Source of the DNA: a virus
Taxonomy: Duplodnaviria; Caudoviricetes
Virus record (IMG/VR): IMGVR_UViG_3300020045_001573
Span: 1-44,391 of that record
DNA: 44,391 nt
Strand: one strand, 5' to 3'
Shown: positions 7,656 through 15,950 of the stretch, one piece after another
Layout of the letters: every line of letters begins with the position of its first letter
Position numbering within the stretch: position 1 is the first letter of the stretch
The notes under the pieces: generated by a model
The model's input: only the letters and a program-made list of their open reading frames with translations
Database searches by the model: none
Told to the model about the DNA's origin: nothing
Translations under genes and position numbers: made by a program

Positions 7656-8084
7656 ATGGCAACTACTTACGACCCAACTAAACTAACCGTCATCGTCGGT
7701 GGCGTTATCGTCTCTGGCTTCATTGATGGCGACTTTATCACTGCAAAACGCGATGAAGACCTTTATATGAAGCGCGTGGGCGCTGATGGCCATGTAGCCC
7801 GTGCTCGCAATGGCAATAAGTCTGGTTCTATCGAGATTAAGCTTCTCCAAAGCTCGCCAGCGGTCAATGAACTGTCTGCACTGGTGGCACTTGATAACTT
7901 CCTGTTTGATGGCGACATCTTGATTCCAATCCAGATCGTATCGCCGGGCGATGGTGCTGAACTGGTGGTATCAACTCAGTCGTGGCTTAAAACCCCTCCT
8001 GAAATCGTGTTCGGCAAAGAAGTCGGCGAGCGTTCTTTCCTGTTCGATTGTGCTGATTTGAAACTGTCACTCGCGGGCACCTAA
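7656..8084 (+). CDS. tail tube protein (DUF3277-like)
   Basis: TYDP...GF.DG......VGADG...G.I.IKLLQSSP motif; follows the sheath. Confidence 0.85.
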   Translation: MATTYDPTKLTVIVGGVIVSGFIDGDFITAKRDEDLYMKRVGADGHVARARNGNKSGSIEIKLLQSSPAVNELSALVALDNFLFDGDILIPIQIVSPGDGAELVVSTQSWLKTPPEIVFGKEVGERSFLFDCADLKLSLAGT

Positions 8085-8102
8085 TCTCTGGGGTGTGCGT
8101 TG

Positions 8103-8135
8103 GCCCGTCATGATTCGCTCTGACGGGCTTTTTTT
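8103..8135 (+). terminator. Rho-independent terminator
   Basis: GCCCGTCA-10 nt loop-TGACGGGC followed by T7. Confidence 0.8.
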
Positions 8136-8169
8136 CGTATAATTGAAACAAATACACATAAGGAAAACC

Positions 8170-8625
8170 ATGCACCCAGAAACAATCATCATCGGCCAGT
8201 CTGAATATACGGCCATGAAAATGAATGCGTTCGACGCTAACAAAATCCTGTTGCGTTTGAACAAGGTTATTTTGCCTGTCATTGGTGGGCTCACCAAGGG
8301 CAAAGGCTCTGTCAATCTGTTGGATGCTGATTTGAGTGAGGTAACTAATATCCTCGCTGAAAATCTCACCGAAGAGGTGATGGATTCTATTGTGTTCCCG
8401 ATGTTTGCAAATTCGCGGGTTTACTTTATTGAGAAAAAGATTTTCATTAAAGACGCTATGGGAGTTAACCAAGCATTCACCGCTGATAACCTGTTTGACT
8501 TTTACGAGCTAATCTGGGAGGTTCTTAAACTGAACTTTGCAGTTTTTTTCAAAAAAGCGGCGGGGAACTTTGGGAGCCTAACCGCCGGGGCTCAAACTCA
8601 AGCGGTGAAGCCCCCGGAAAATTAA
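8170..8625 (+). CDS. tail assembly chaperone (G)
   Basis: between tube and tape measure; ...WEVLKLNFAVFF motif; RBS AAGGA. Confidence 0.8.
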   Translation: MHPETIIIGQSEYTAMKMNAFDANKILLRLNKVILPVIGGLTKGKGSVNLLDADLSEVTNILAENLTEEVMDSIVFPMFANSRVYFIEKKIFIKDAMGVNQAFTADNLFDFYELIWEVLKLNFAVFFKKAAGNFGSLTAGAQTQAVKPPEN

Positions 8626-8795
8626 GAGCTGACCTAGAGTCTGAATTATGGATTTGGCGTCCGATATTGGCAAAGAAAACCACGATCACAGAGGTGAAAA
8701 GTGGTTTTTGTAGCGTTGAAGATTTAATGAAGTTGAATGCTTTAATGGATATGTCGGATGCTTATCAAGATCAGGCGATGAAAAAGAAAGATTGA
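8529..8795 (+). CDS. tail assembly chaperone T segment reached by -1 frameshift (not in ORF track)
   Basis: -1 frame open 8529-8795, reading ...ELWIWRPILAKKTTITEVKSGFCSVEDLMKLNALMDM..., with no suitable start codon of its own. Confidence 0.7.
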   Translation, partial: TELCSFFQKSGGELWEPNRRGSNSSGEAPGKLRADLESELWIWRPILAKKTTITEVKSGFCSVEDLMKLNALMDMSDAYQDQAMKKKD

Positions 8796-8799
8796 ATAT

Positions 8800-10380
8800 A
8801 TGGCAACGGTGCGTGAATTAATTACAAAACTTTCGTTCACTCTTGACGAGAGTAAATTGTCACGCGCCGAAGCTGGTGTAAACAAGATAAAGAACGCTTC
8901 AAACAAGGCGGCCACCGGGTTCTTTGCATTCGGTGAATCAGCTAAAAACGCATCAGATAAGCTAAGTTCTTTGTCTGGTGTTTTGTCTGGTATTGCCGCC
9001 TTCGCGTCTTTGCGGGCCTTGGCTGGCGTGGCGGATTCGATGCAGTCATTGGAGGCCCGCATTGGAATGCTGCCTCAAACCATTGGTGCCGTAGGCGATG
9101 CTTTTAACACCATTGCTGAACGGGCTAGTAACGCACGACAACCGATTGAAGCCTACGGGACGATGTACATTCGTCTTGCTGGTGCAACAAAGGAATATCT
9201 AACCACTCAAGAAGATGTTTTACTGGTCACTGATGCAATTAGTAATGCTTTGGTGGTGGGTGGTGCGGTGGCGACCGAGCAAGCAAGCGCTATGCTTCAA
9301 TTGTCTCAGGCATTCCAAAAAGGAAAATTAGATGGCGACGAATTCAAGTCGTTTATGGAAAACCTATCAAGCGACTTTAAAGACAAGTTGGCAAAACAGC
9401 TTGATACGACTGTTGGCAAGCTTTATGAGTTATCAAGCAGTGGCGAGCTAACGGCTAAAAAGCTTGCATTGGCTTTTAAGGAGATGGCCCCTGAAATTGA
9501 AAAGCAAATGTTAAGTATGCCAATGACTATTGGGCAGGCTATGACATTTGGTGCAAACAAGTTTAAGGCCATGGTTCAGAATATGAATCGTGAGTCAATG
9601 ATAGTTACCAAGATCGCCGCGTTCTTCAAAAATACATTTGAAACCATTGAATCAAAACTTGTTTCATTCGTGAAATTTGTTGGCGGTGCAACTAATGCGT
9701 TTAAAGTTCTCGGCATTGCGATTGTTGCACTTCTTAGCCCAATGATGCTTGGTGGTTTTCTAAGCCTTATAGGATTGATACTTTCGCCAATTGGCGTACT
9801 TATCGCATCAATGGTATTGCTTGGTTTAGCCATCGACGATATTTACACCTACATGGAAGGCGGGCAGTCTCTGTTTGGCGACTTCCTGAAAGACTTGAAA
9901 GATGGTGACGCTTTAACGGTTGCCCTTACTGGAGCACTTATAGGCGTTACCGCTCAGTTTGGATATGTAGCTGTTGCATATGCTGCCATGTGGGCAAAGA
10001 TGCGTATTACGGCACTTCTAGAGGGTGCGCGTGTTGCAGGGGCTTGGCTAATGGCGATGGGGCCTACTGGCTGGGCAATTGCTGCTGGTGCTGGTATTGC
10101 ACTTGGCATTGCTGCGCTTGCATACCATGTTAAAAATTCAGCATTAGAGGAACAAGGAAAACCTAAGGTAGGACCAGGCAGCATTGACCCAAAGACATTG
10201 CTTCGTCCCAACCTCGCGCCAGCGTCACCCACTGCGCCAGCGTTTCACCAAACCAACAATTTCACCATGCCACCGGGTACGCCTCAAGAGCATATCAACC
10301 TGCTTGAAAAAGGCGCGGTTAATATCCTTGGTCGAGAGACTGAGAAAATGGCGCGTGACATGAATGCACAAGGTAATTAA
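8800..10380 (+). CDS. tape measure protein
   Basis: 526 aa, Ala-rich helical; QLSQAFQKGKLDGDEFKS tape-measure motif; hydrophobic central segments. Confidence 0.9.
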   Translation: MATVRELITKLSFTLDESKLSRAEAGVNKIKNASNKAATGFFAFGESAKNASDKLSSLSGVLSGIAAFASLRALAGVADSMQSLEARIGMLPQTIGAVGDAFNTIAERASNARQPIEAYGTMYIRLAGATKEYLTTQEDVLLVTDAISNALVVGGAVATEQASAMLQLSQAFQKGKLDGDEFKSFMENLSSDFKDKLAKQLDTTVGKLYELSSSGELTAKKLALAFKEMAPEIEKQMLSMPMTIGQAMTFGANKFKAMVQNMNRESMIVTKIAAFFKNTFETIESKLVSFVKFVGGATNAFKVLGIAIVALLSPMMLGGFLSLIGLILSPIGVLIASMVLLGLAIDDIYTYMEGGQSLFGDFLKDLKDGDALTVALTGALIGVTAQFGYVAVAYAAMWAKMRITALLEGARVAGAWLMAMGPTGWAIAAGAGIALGIAALAYHVKNSALEEQGKPKVGPGSIDPKTLLRPNLAPASPTAPAFHQTNNFTMPPGTPQEHINLLEKGAVNILGRETEKMARDMNAQGN

Positions 10381-11022
10381 ATGATTGGTTTTTATTACGG
10401 TGGACCAACTTCCAGCACTAAAGTTTTTGGAGGAATTGCATCGATTGACTTTGATGCGACGTTAGACGAGCTTCACGACTGGCGCAATGAAGTAACTCAA
10501 AACCCCGTCGAATCTGGTTCGCCAGTGACTGACCATGTTATCGAACGTTCTGACAAGCTAAAGCTAACAGGAACCATCACAAATAGCCCTTTGCGCGGAG
10601 AGTTTGCCGGTCAATACTTTGGTGGCGATAACGAGTCACCACGCATCCAGACGGCATTTGATGCCATTCGTGAGCTGTTTAAATCGCGTGATGTAGTAGT
10701 GGTTTACACCAAACACGCTATCTATACCGACATGGTGATTGAATCAGTTTCAATCCCACGTAATGCTCAGATCGGCGAAGAGGTTCAGTTTACGATGGAG
10801 CTTGTCAACGTCCGTTTTGTCGATACTCAATTGGTAAAGTTGCCACCGGGTATTAGTGCTAAGAAGGATAAAAAGGCGGGAAACTTAGGAAAGAAAGCAG
10901 AGCCACAAAAGACGGCTGGGCAAAAAATGCTAGATGAAAATTACAAGACTCGCGGCAGGGCTCCAAGCATTTTAGAAGCAATTAAAAAGACAGATAAGAT
11001 CGTCTACCAATACACAAAGTAG
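10381..11022 (+). CDS. baseplate/tube initiator (Dit-like)
   Basis: FDATLDELH...VTQNPVESGSPVTDHV motif. Confidence 0.8.
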   Translation: MIGFYYGGPTSSTKVFGGIASIDFDATLDELHDWRNEVTQNPVESGSPVTDHVIERSDKLKLTGTITNSPLRGEFAGQYFGGDNESPRIQTAFDAIRELFKSRDVVVVYTKHAIYTDMVIESVSIPRNAQIGEEVQFTMELVNVRFVDTQLVKLPPGISAKKDKKAGNLGKKAEPQKTAGQKMLDENYKTRGRAPSILEAIKKTDKIVYQYTK

Positions 11023-11029
11023 AGCATAA

Positions 11030-11464
11030 ATGATTCTCGCTGAAATTCCACTATTGCCAGATACCACTGACCAATTAGTTGACGTTGTTTTAAGTGATAA
11101 CCCGTACACTTTGCGCATCCTATGGAATGAAAAGTACGGTTATTTTTCACTGTCAATCTATGCTCGGGATGGCGCTGTCATTCTTGAGAATATCAAGATG
11201 GTGAAAAACTACCCGCTAATTAGCAGGTTTAAAAATACGTTGTTGCCAGTTGGTGATTTGTATTTCATTGACAACAAAAACAAACATTCACGCGCACTTT
11301 ATGAATCAGTGGGTACTGGTGATTATTCGCTGGTTTATTATGTTCCTGATGTTGTCGTGTCTGACGTTGTAGTTATCACGCCAGTAGCAGCCATTAGCGG
11401 GTCTATATGGGACAGCGGGCTGTCTGTATGGGATGGCGGTTCGTCTGCGTGGGATGGTGCTTAA
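11030..11464 (+). CDS. baseplate plug-type protein with C-terminal SxWDxG repeats
   Basis: YTLRILWNE..GYFSLSIY motif; synteny before the hub. Confidence 0.7.
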   Translation: MILAEIPLLPDTTDQLVDVVLSDNPYTLRILWNEKYGYFSLSIYARDGAVILENIKMVKNYPLISRFKNTLLPVGDLYFIDNKNKHSRALYESVGTGDYSLVYYVPDVVVSDVVVITPVAAISGSIWDSGLSVWDGGSSAWDGA

Positions 11465-12387
11465 TGGCTTTATTTGACCGTGTAGCCTCGCTGACTGTTG
11501 GTAAGCCTGATGGGAAAGCTGTAGAGATTCGTGATCTGCGGTTTTCCTTTGCCATTGAGAAGGGTTCGATTGATACGCCTAATTCTTGTACCTGCCGCAT
11601 CTACAACTTAAACAAAGACTCACGCGCTTTAGTCGAGACTGTTAACAACATCCTGATTTTGAAGGCTGGTTATAAACGTGACGTGGGCGAGATTACCATT
11701 TTCACGGGTACGGTCACGCGGGCTTTGACTCGCATCGAAGGCGCCGATTCCGTCACCGAGTTAGAAATGTCAGACGGTGGCGCAGAATATAAAGACACAA
11801 AGACTTCTTTTAGCTTCGCGCCGGGTGTATCGGCACAGCAAGTTTTGAGCAACATTGCAGCGACGTTTAAGCTGCCTATTCGGCCATTACCAAAAGAGAT
11901 AGCCACCAAGACATATCCAGACGGCTTTGCTTTCATTGGCCGGTCACGCGAAGCTATGAAAAAGGCGTGCGATTTTCTAGGACTTGAGTGGTCAATCCAG
12001 AATCGTGAATTGCAGATCCTGAAACAAGGTAAAGCCGTTGATATGCAAGCCTTTGTTTTGTCGCCTGACACCGGATTGATTGAATCGCCAGAAACAGAGC
12101 ATAAGATTTACTCTGAAAAGACAGCCGCTAAAAAAGGATTCACCTCGAAACAAAAAGGCGTTCGCGTGACTTATGGCGAGACTGAGGCTGGTAATAACGA
12201 AAAGAAACTAGAAGTACAAGGCTACCGAGTTAAAAGCCTTTTGCAGCCAGCATTGCAGCCTGGTGGATATGTTCGTTTAGACACTCGTGGGATTGATAAA
12301 GAGTTTTTCAGGGTTGAAACTGTAACCCATTCTGGCGATACTCACGGCGCTGACTGGTTTTCGCAGTTGGTTTTGCGGTACGTGTAA
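11464..12387 (+). CDS. baseplate hub protein
   Basis: ATG at 11464 (TAATG overlap); IYNLN...LKAGY...WSIQN...LSPDTGLIESP...HSGDTHG motifs. Confidence 0.85.
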   Translation: MALFDRVASLTVGKPDGKAVEIRDLRFSFAIEKGSIDTPNSCTCRIYNLNKDSRALVETVNNILILKAGYKRDVGEITIFTGTVTRALTRIEGADSVTELEMSDGGAEYKDTKTSFSFAPGVSAQQVLSNIAATFKLPIRPLPKEIATKTYPDGFAFIGRSREAMKKACDFLGLEWSIQNRELQILKQGKAVDMQAFVLSPDTGLIESPETEHKIYSEKTAAKKGFTSKQKGVRVTYGETEAGNNEKKLEVQGYRVKSLLQPALQPGGYVRLDTRGIDKEFFRVETVTHSGDTHGADWFSQLVLRYV

Positions 12388-12463
12388 TGGTGCGCAGGAC
12401 TTGAATCGAACAAGCATTTTATGAATTATGAGTTCACGGCATTAACCATTATGCTACCTGCGC
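12388..12463 (-). tRNA. tRNA with CAT anticodon (Met elongator or Ile2)
   Basis: 76 nt cloverleaf: acceptor GCGCAGG/CCTGCGC, anticodon arm GTGAA-CTCATAA-TTCAT, T loop TTCGATT, encoded ACCA end. Confidence 0.9.
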
Positions 12464-12468
12464 TGAAT

Positions 12469-12552
12469 TGGTGGGGTGGCCGGTGCTGATCTCCGGCTTT
12501 AAGATACTCTTGTTGAATCTACTATTGACGCATCAGTCTGCGCATTCACCCC
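12469..12552 (-). ncRNA. non-canonical tRNA-like RNA with encoded CCA end
   Basis: GGGGTG/CACCCC-ACCA acceptor, GCGC-AGACTGAT-GCGT arm, GCCGG-AGATCAGCA-CCGGC arm; no canonical anticodon arm or TTC. Confidence 0.7.
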
Positions 12553-12618
12553 GTAAATATTGATGGCGACCATGAAACCCACAATCCTACGCAATGAACA
12601 TTTATGTTGCGCTTAACC

Positions 12619-12679
12619 ATCAATCATGAACCCTGACTTTACCCATACCCGTTAAAACATGGCAAGGCTCATGATTGAT
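12619..12679 (-). ncRNA. long hairpin within the ncRNA cluster
   Basis: perfect 11-bp inverted repeat ATCAATCATGA/TCATGATTGAT, extendable with G-U pairs on the - strand. Confidence 0.5.
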
Positions 12680-12851
12680 AGCCTCACGGATTCCACGTGA
12701 GCCCACCTCGCTTTTAAGTCTGCGTGTCCAAGACTTTTTGATGATCTATCTGAACTTGCGACCGGCGTATCTCACGGTGTCAGACTTACGGGTATCTTGG
12801 GCAGTAAACGCGATACGAGCTATATAACTTCGCCCCAGCCTTTCGGCAAAC

Positions 12852-13024
12852 CATCAAGTAAGCGGGCTGGGCTTGATTCCAGCTCACGGTAGCTAACTCG
12901 CTCTCCGTGCAATCTTTCGGGCTTTATTGGCCTATATGCTTGCGTCGAAGTCTTCACTTGCCGCTATAACGGAGTCCACCGATTCGAGTCCTGCGTTTCC
13001 TTCAACGCCGACGCTTACTTGATG
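12852..13024 (-). ncRNA. tRNA-like RNA with ~110 nt structured insert, closed by a 13-bp stem
   Basis: CATCAAGTAAGCG/CGCTTACTTGATG perfect stem; GCGT-TGAAGGAA-ACGC and GCTGG-AATCAAGC-CCAGC arms in D- and T-arm positions. Confidence 0.6.
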
Positions 13025-13049
13025 ACACTATTTCTAGTGCTTAGTCTGA

Positions 13050-13109
13050 AGTTTAACTCCATTTCACTAAAAAATTCAATTTTGTCAAAATAAATTTATG
13101 GGATAAAAT
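13050..13109. promoter_or_regulatory. divergent putative sigma70 promoters (RNA cluster on -, baseplate genes on +)
   Basis: - strand TTGAAT-18-TAAACT (13079-13050); + strand TTGTCA-16-TAAAAT (13082-13109). Confidence 0.45.
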
Positions 13110-13116
13110 GTGTTAT

Positions 13117-13803
13117 ATGGCAGAAAATAACGACTTTATCAGCGCACTAAAAAGCATGGTAGACGGTCGCCTGCATGAAATCAATACAAGCCTGCCGGGT
13201 GTGATCACTGGTTACGCTAATGGTCGAGCCAGTGTGCAGCCTACGCCTAAGCGGCGATTTGCTGACGGTGATGTCTTGACATTTCCAATCCTGCAAAATG
13301 TTCGAGTGTGCTGGCCTAGCTTTAGTGGCGGGTCAGCGGGTGTTAAAGGGCCGATTAAACCGGGTGATAAGTGTCTGTTAGTGTTCGCGCAGCAAGCTGT
13401 AGATGGGACTGATGATGTTCGCCGTTTTGATATCTCTGATTCTTATTGCATTCCTTGCGACCTTGGTAGCGCTGGCAGCGGCGATAGTGGCAATAACGCT
13501 GATTTAACGGTGTTTTACGGGGCTGCATCAATGAGGCTTACCGCTGGTGGTGCTTTGTTGATTACAGCGCCTGGAGGGGTCACTATTGAGACGCCTAGCA
13601 CGACCAACACCGGTACTTTAACGACTCAAGGGCTTTTGTCTTACATGGCGGGGCTTGCTGGTGTTGGTGGTGGTGCAGGATCTACGATTAGTGGAGAACT
13701 AACTCAGACTGGTGGCGCTTTGTCTAGTAACGGCATCACGCTTGCTACTCACGTTCACAGTGGCGTTCAGTCTGGGCCATCAAATACAGGTACACCGATT
13801 TGA
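13117..13803 (+). CDS. baseplate central spike (Gp138/gpV family)
   Basis: TSLPGVI...VQP...PIKPGDKCLLVF...RRFDISD; C-terminal HVHSGV metal-binding apex. Confidence 0.9.
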   Translation: MAENNDFISALKSMVDGRLHEINTSLPGVITGYANGRASVQPTPKRRFADGDVLTFPILQNVRVCWPSFSGGSAGVKGPIKPGDKCLLVFAQQAVDGTDDVRRFDISDSYCIPCDLGSAGSGDSGNNADLTVFYGAASMRLTAGGALLITAPGGVTIETPSTTNTGTLTTQGLLSYMAGLAGVGGGAGSTISGELTQTGGALSSNGITLATHVHSGVQSGPSNTGTPI

Positions 13804-14264
13804 TTGATATTGCATTAGACAAAGTAACTCACGATCTTGTTTTAACCAACAATGACTTGGTGATGTTAGACGGCGCTGAACGTGTGCGTCAACACTTGGC
13901 CATTAAGCTAAAAATTTGGGTAGGCGAATGGTTTATGGATACTGAGTTTGGCACGCCATATCTGTCTGACATTCTCGGCAAGCAAGTTAGCCTAGCTGGC
14001 TCTGTTGCAGCTTTGAAAAAGTCTATTTCAGAGGTTGACGGAGTGCAGTCGATCACGCGCTTTGAGTTTGATTTTAACCGTTCGTCTAGAAATTTAGATG
14101 TGAACTTTGACGTTCAAACTCAGTACGGTAATTTGAATATCATTAAAATACAGCAAAAAACATTGAATGAATTGATTTCAGCAAATGTTTCATCAGACTT
14201 TTTGTACACCGAAGATTTTTTAAACACGGTTACAAATATAACAATACCATCACACGGATATTAA
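13800..14264 (+). CDS. baseplate wedge/sheath initiator (gp25/DUF2634-like) with C-terminal extension
   Basis: GEWFMDTEFGTPY motif; TTG start overlapping the previous stop. Confidence 0.8.
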   Translation: MIDIALDKVTHDLVLTNNDLVMLDGAERVRQHLAIKLKIWVGEWFMDTEFGTPYLSDILGKQVSLAGSVAALKKSISEVDGVQSITRFEFDFNRSSRNLDVNFDVQTQYGNLNIIKIQQKTLNELISANVSSDFLYTEDFLNTVTNITIPSHGY

Positions 14265-14265
14265 A

Positions 14266-15861
14266 ATGGCAAAATTATCACTAGATCAGGCAGTAGTCCG
14301 TTTTCAGGAAAATGATGAGCGAATTGATAAGTTTGCCAATGGCAGCGTTACTGGTGGATACAACTCAACTGCTGGCGTTGCTGTTCCTTCTATTCAAAAA
14401 TTCTTGGTTGATAAGAATGCGGAAATTGACGCTAATTTAAGCGGTGTTTTTAATTCCGACGGAGCTTCATTGGTTGGTTATATGCCATCAGGAACTGGAG
14501 CGTTTGCCACTAATGTTCAGGCAAAGTTACGTGAAAGTGCGAGCGTCAAAGATTTCGGAGCTGCTGGTGATGGTGTAATAGATGACACTATGGCTATTCA
14601 GAATGCACTCAATAGCGGTTGTAAAGAGATTAAAGGTAGTGCAGGGGAAACCTATCGAATCACTGATACGCTTACCATCTCGTTGAATTCAACTCATTTT
14701 AACCTGAATCATTCGACGCTCATCTTAGATGATGCTACAGGGGTCAAGTCTAATATTATCGTTGGCGGTCTTGCTACTCAGGTAAATGGGGTTAAGATAA
14801 GTAATGGCACGTTTACACGCGCACAGATTGCTTCTGCTGGTTATGCAATTGAATGCAGTTATGTGGGGGTTTGCGCATTAACTAATAACCGAATATACGG
14901 AAACGGCAAAATTCACGGGGGCGTGAAAATATATAAAGGCATTATCATAAATGTCACAGACAATTACATAGACAACTGTCAAGCATACGGGTTATACTTA
15001 GAAGGTGCGGATGCAACCACTGGAAGAACTATTGATGTAACTATCAGGAATAACCGGGTAGAGGGCGGCACAACGGCCCTTAATGCTTGGGACTTTGTAG
15101 AGGGTTTATTTGTCAGGGGTAATATATTCTATAACACCACTGATGCTGTTGTTAGCATCAGCGCCTCTTCTGCCGCTAATGGACTATCTTCAATTAAGCT
15201 GCAGGACAACGATTTTGACACATCTGAAGCATCCGGCTGTTATATTGATAATGTAAGTAATATTCAAGTTACAGGTAATTGGGCCAGCAATACGTTAGGC
15301 GGGATAGTTATTGGAGCAGGGGTCGATGCTGTCGTTGTATCAGGGAATCAAGTGTACTCAAATGGGCACGGCGTGTCCCTTGCTGGAAACAATGCTTGTG
15401 TTACTGGAAATGTTATTCACGGGGCGTATAGCTGCGTGCTAATAAACACTACGACAACATATAACACCGTCGAAAGTAATAATCTTTTTGGCGGGCAATA
15501 TGGCGTAAACATCTTGGCCGGGGCTACTTATATCCAAATTAAGGGAAATAGTCTGACAGGTCATTCCGTTGGAACCACATTTGGAGGCCTTCTCGCAGAA
15601 GCCAATATTGAGATAGAAGGCAATCGAGGTGATTCCGTTAGAGGGTCAACCGCTTACGTGACAGCCGGAGCTTCGCCGTACACATATACCTGCGGGCCTC
15701 GTCCAGAGTGCCTCTCTATCTTCTCTGGCACGGTGTCAACAATCGCTGTCGGGGCGGTTAATCTTGGGTTCGCGTCCAATCGGACATTTAACTTAGCTCC
15801 AAACCAATCTATCACCATCACCTATACAAGCGCGCCATTTTTGGCTGTTATAAAGCAATAG
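14266..15861 (+). CDS. tailspike / beta-helix depolymerase (pectate-lyase-like)
   Basis: DGASLVGY...VQAKLRE..SVKDFGAAGDGVIDDT.AIQNAL followed by Asn-rich beta-helix repeats. Confidence 0.85.
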   Translation: MAKLSLDQAVVRFQENDERIDKFANGSVTGGYNSTAGVAVPSIQKFLVDKNAEIDANLSGVFNSDGASLVGYMPSGTGAFATNVQAKLRESASVKDFGAAGDGVIDDTMAIQNALNSGCKEIKGSAGETYRITDTLTISLNSTHFNLNHSTLILDDATGVKSNIIVGGLATQVNGVKISNGTFTRAQIASAGYAIECSYVGVCALTNNRIYGNGKIHGGVKIYKGIIINVTDNYIDNCQAYGLYLEGADATTGRTIDVTIRNNRVEGGTTALNAWDFVEGLFVRGNIFYNTTDAVVSISASSAANGLSSIKLQDNDFDTSEASGCYIDNVSNIQVTGNWASNTLGGIVIGAGVDAVVVSGNQVYSNGHGVSLAGNNACVTGNVIHGAYSCVLINTTTTYNTVESNNLFGGQYGVNILAGATYIQIKGNSLTGHSVGTTFGGLLAEANIEIEGNRGDSVRGSTAYVTAGASPYTYTCGPRPECLSIFSGTVSTIAVGAVNLGFASNRTFNLAPNQSITITYTSAPFLAVIKQ

Positions 15862-15950
15862 GATTTAGTCAACACAATTAATGTGGAACTTTCGTAGGTT
15901 TATATGAAAGACAATTTATAATGCCTGATATTAATAAGGAATATTAACTT

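Noticed and set aside
12497-12527. Suppressor anticodon (TCA or TTA) in the tRNA-like element
   Set aside because: The triplets are present but not centred in a 7-nt loop on a 5-bp stem, so no decoding role can be supported
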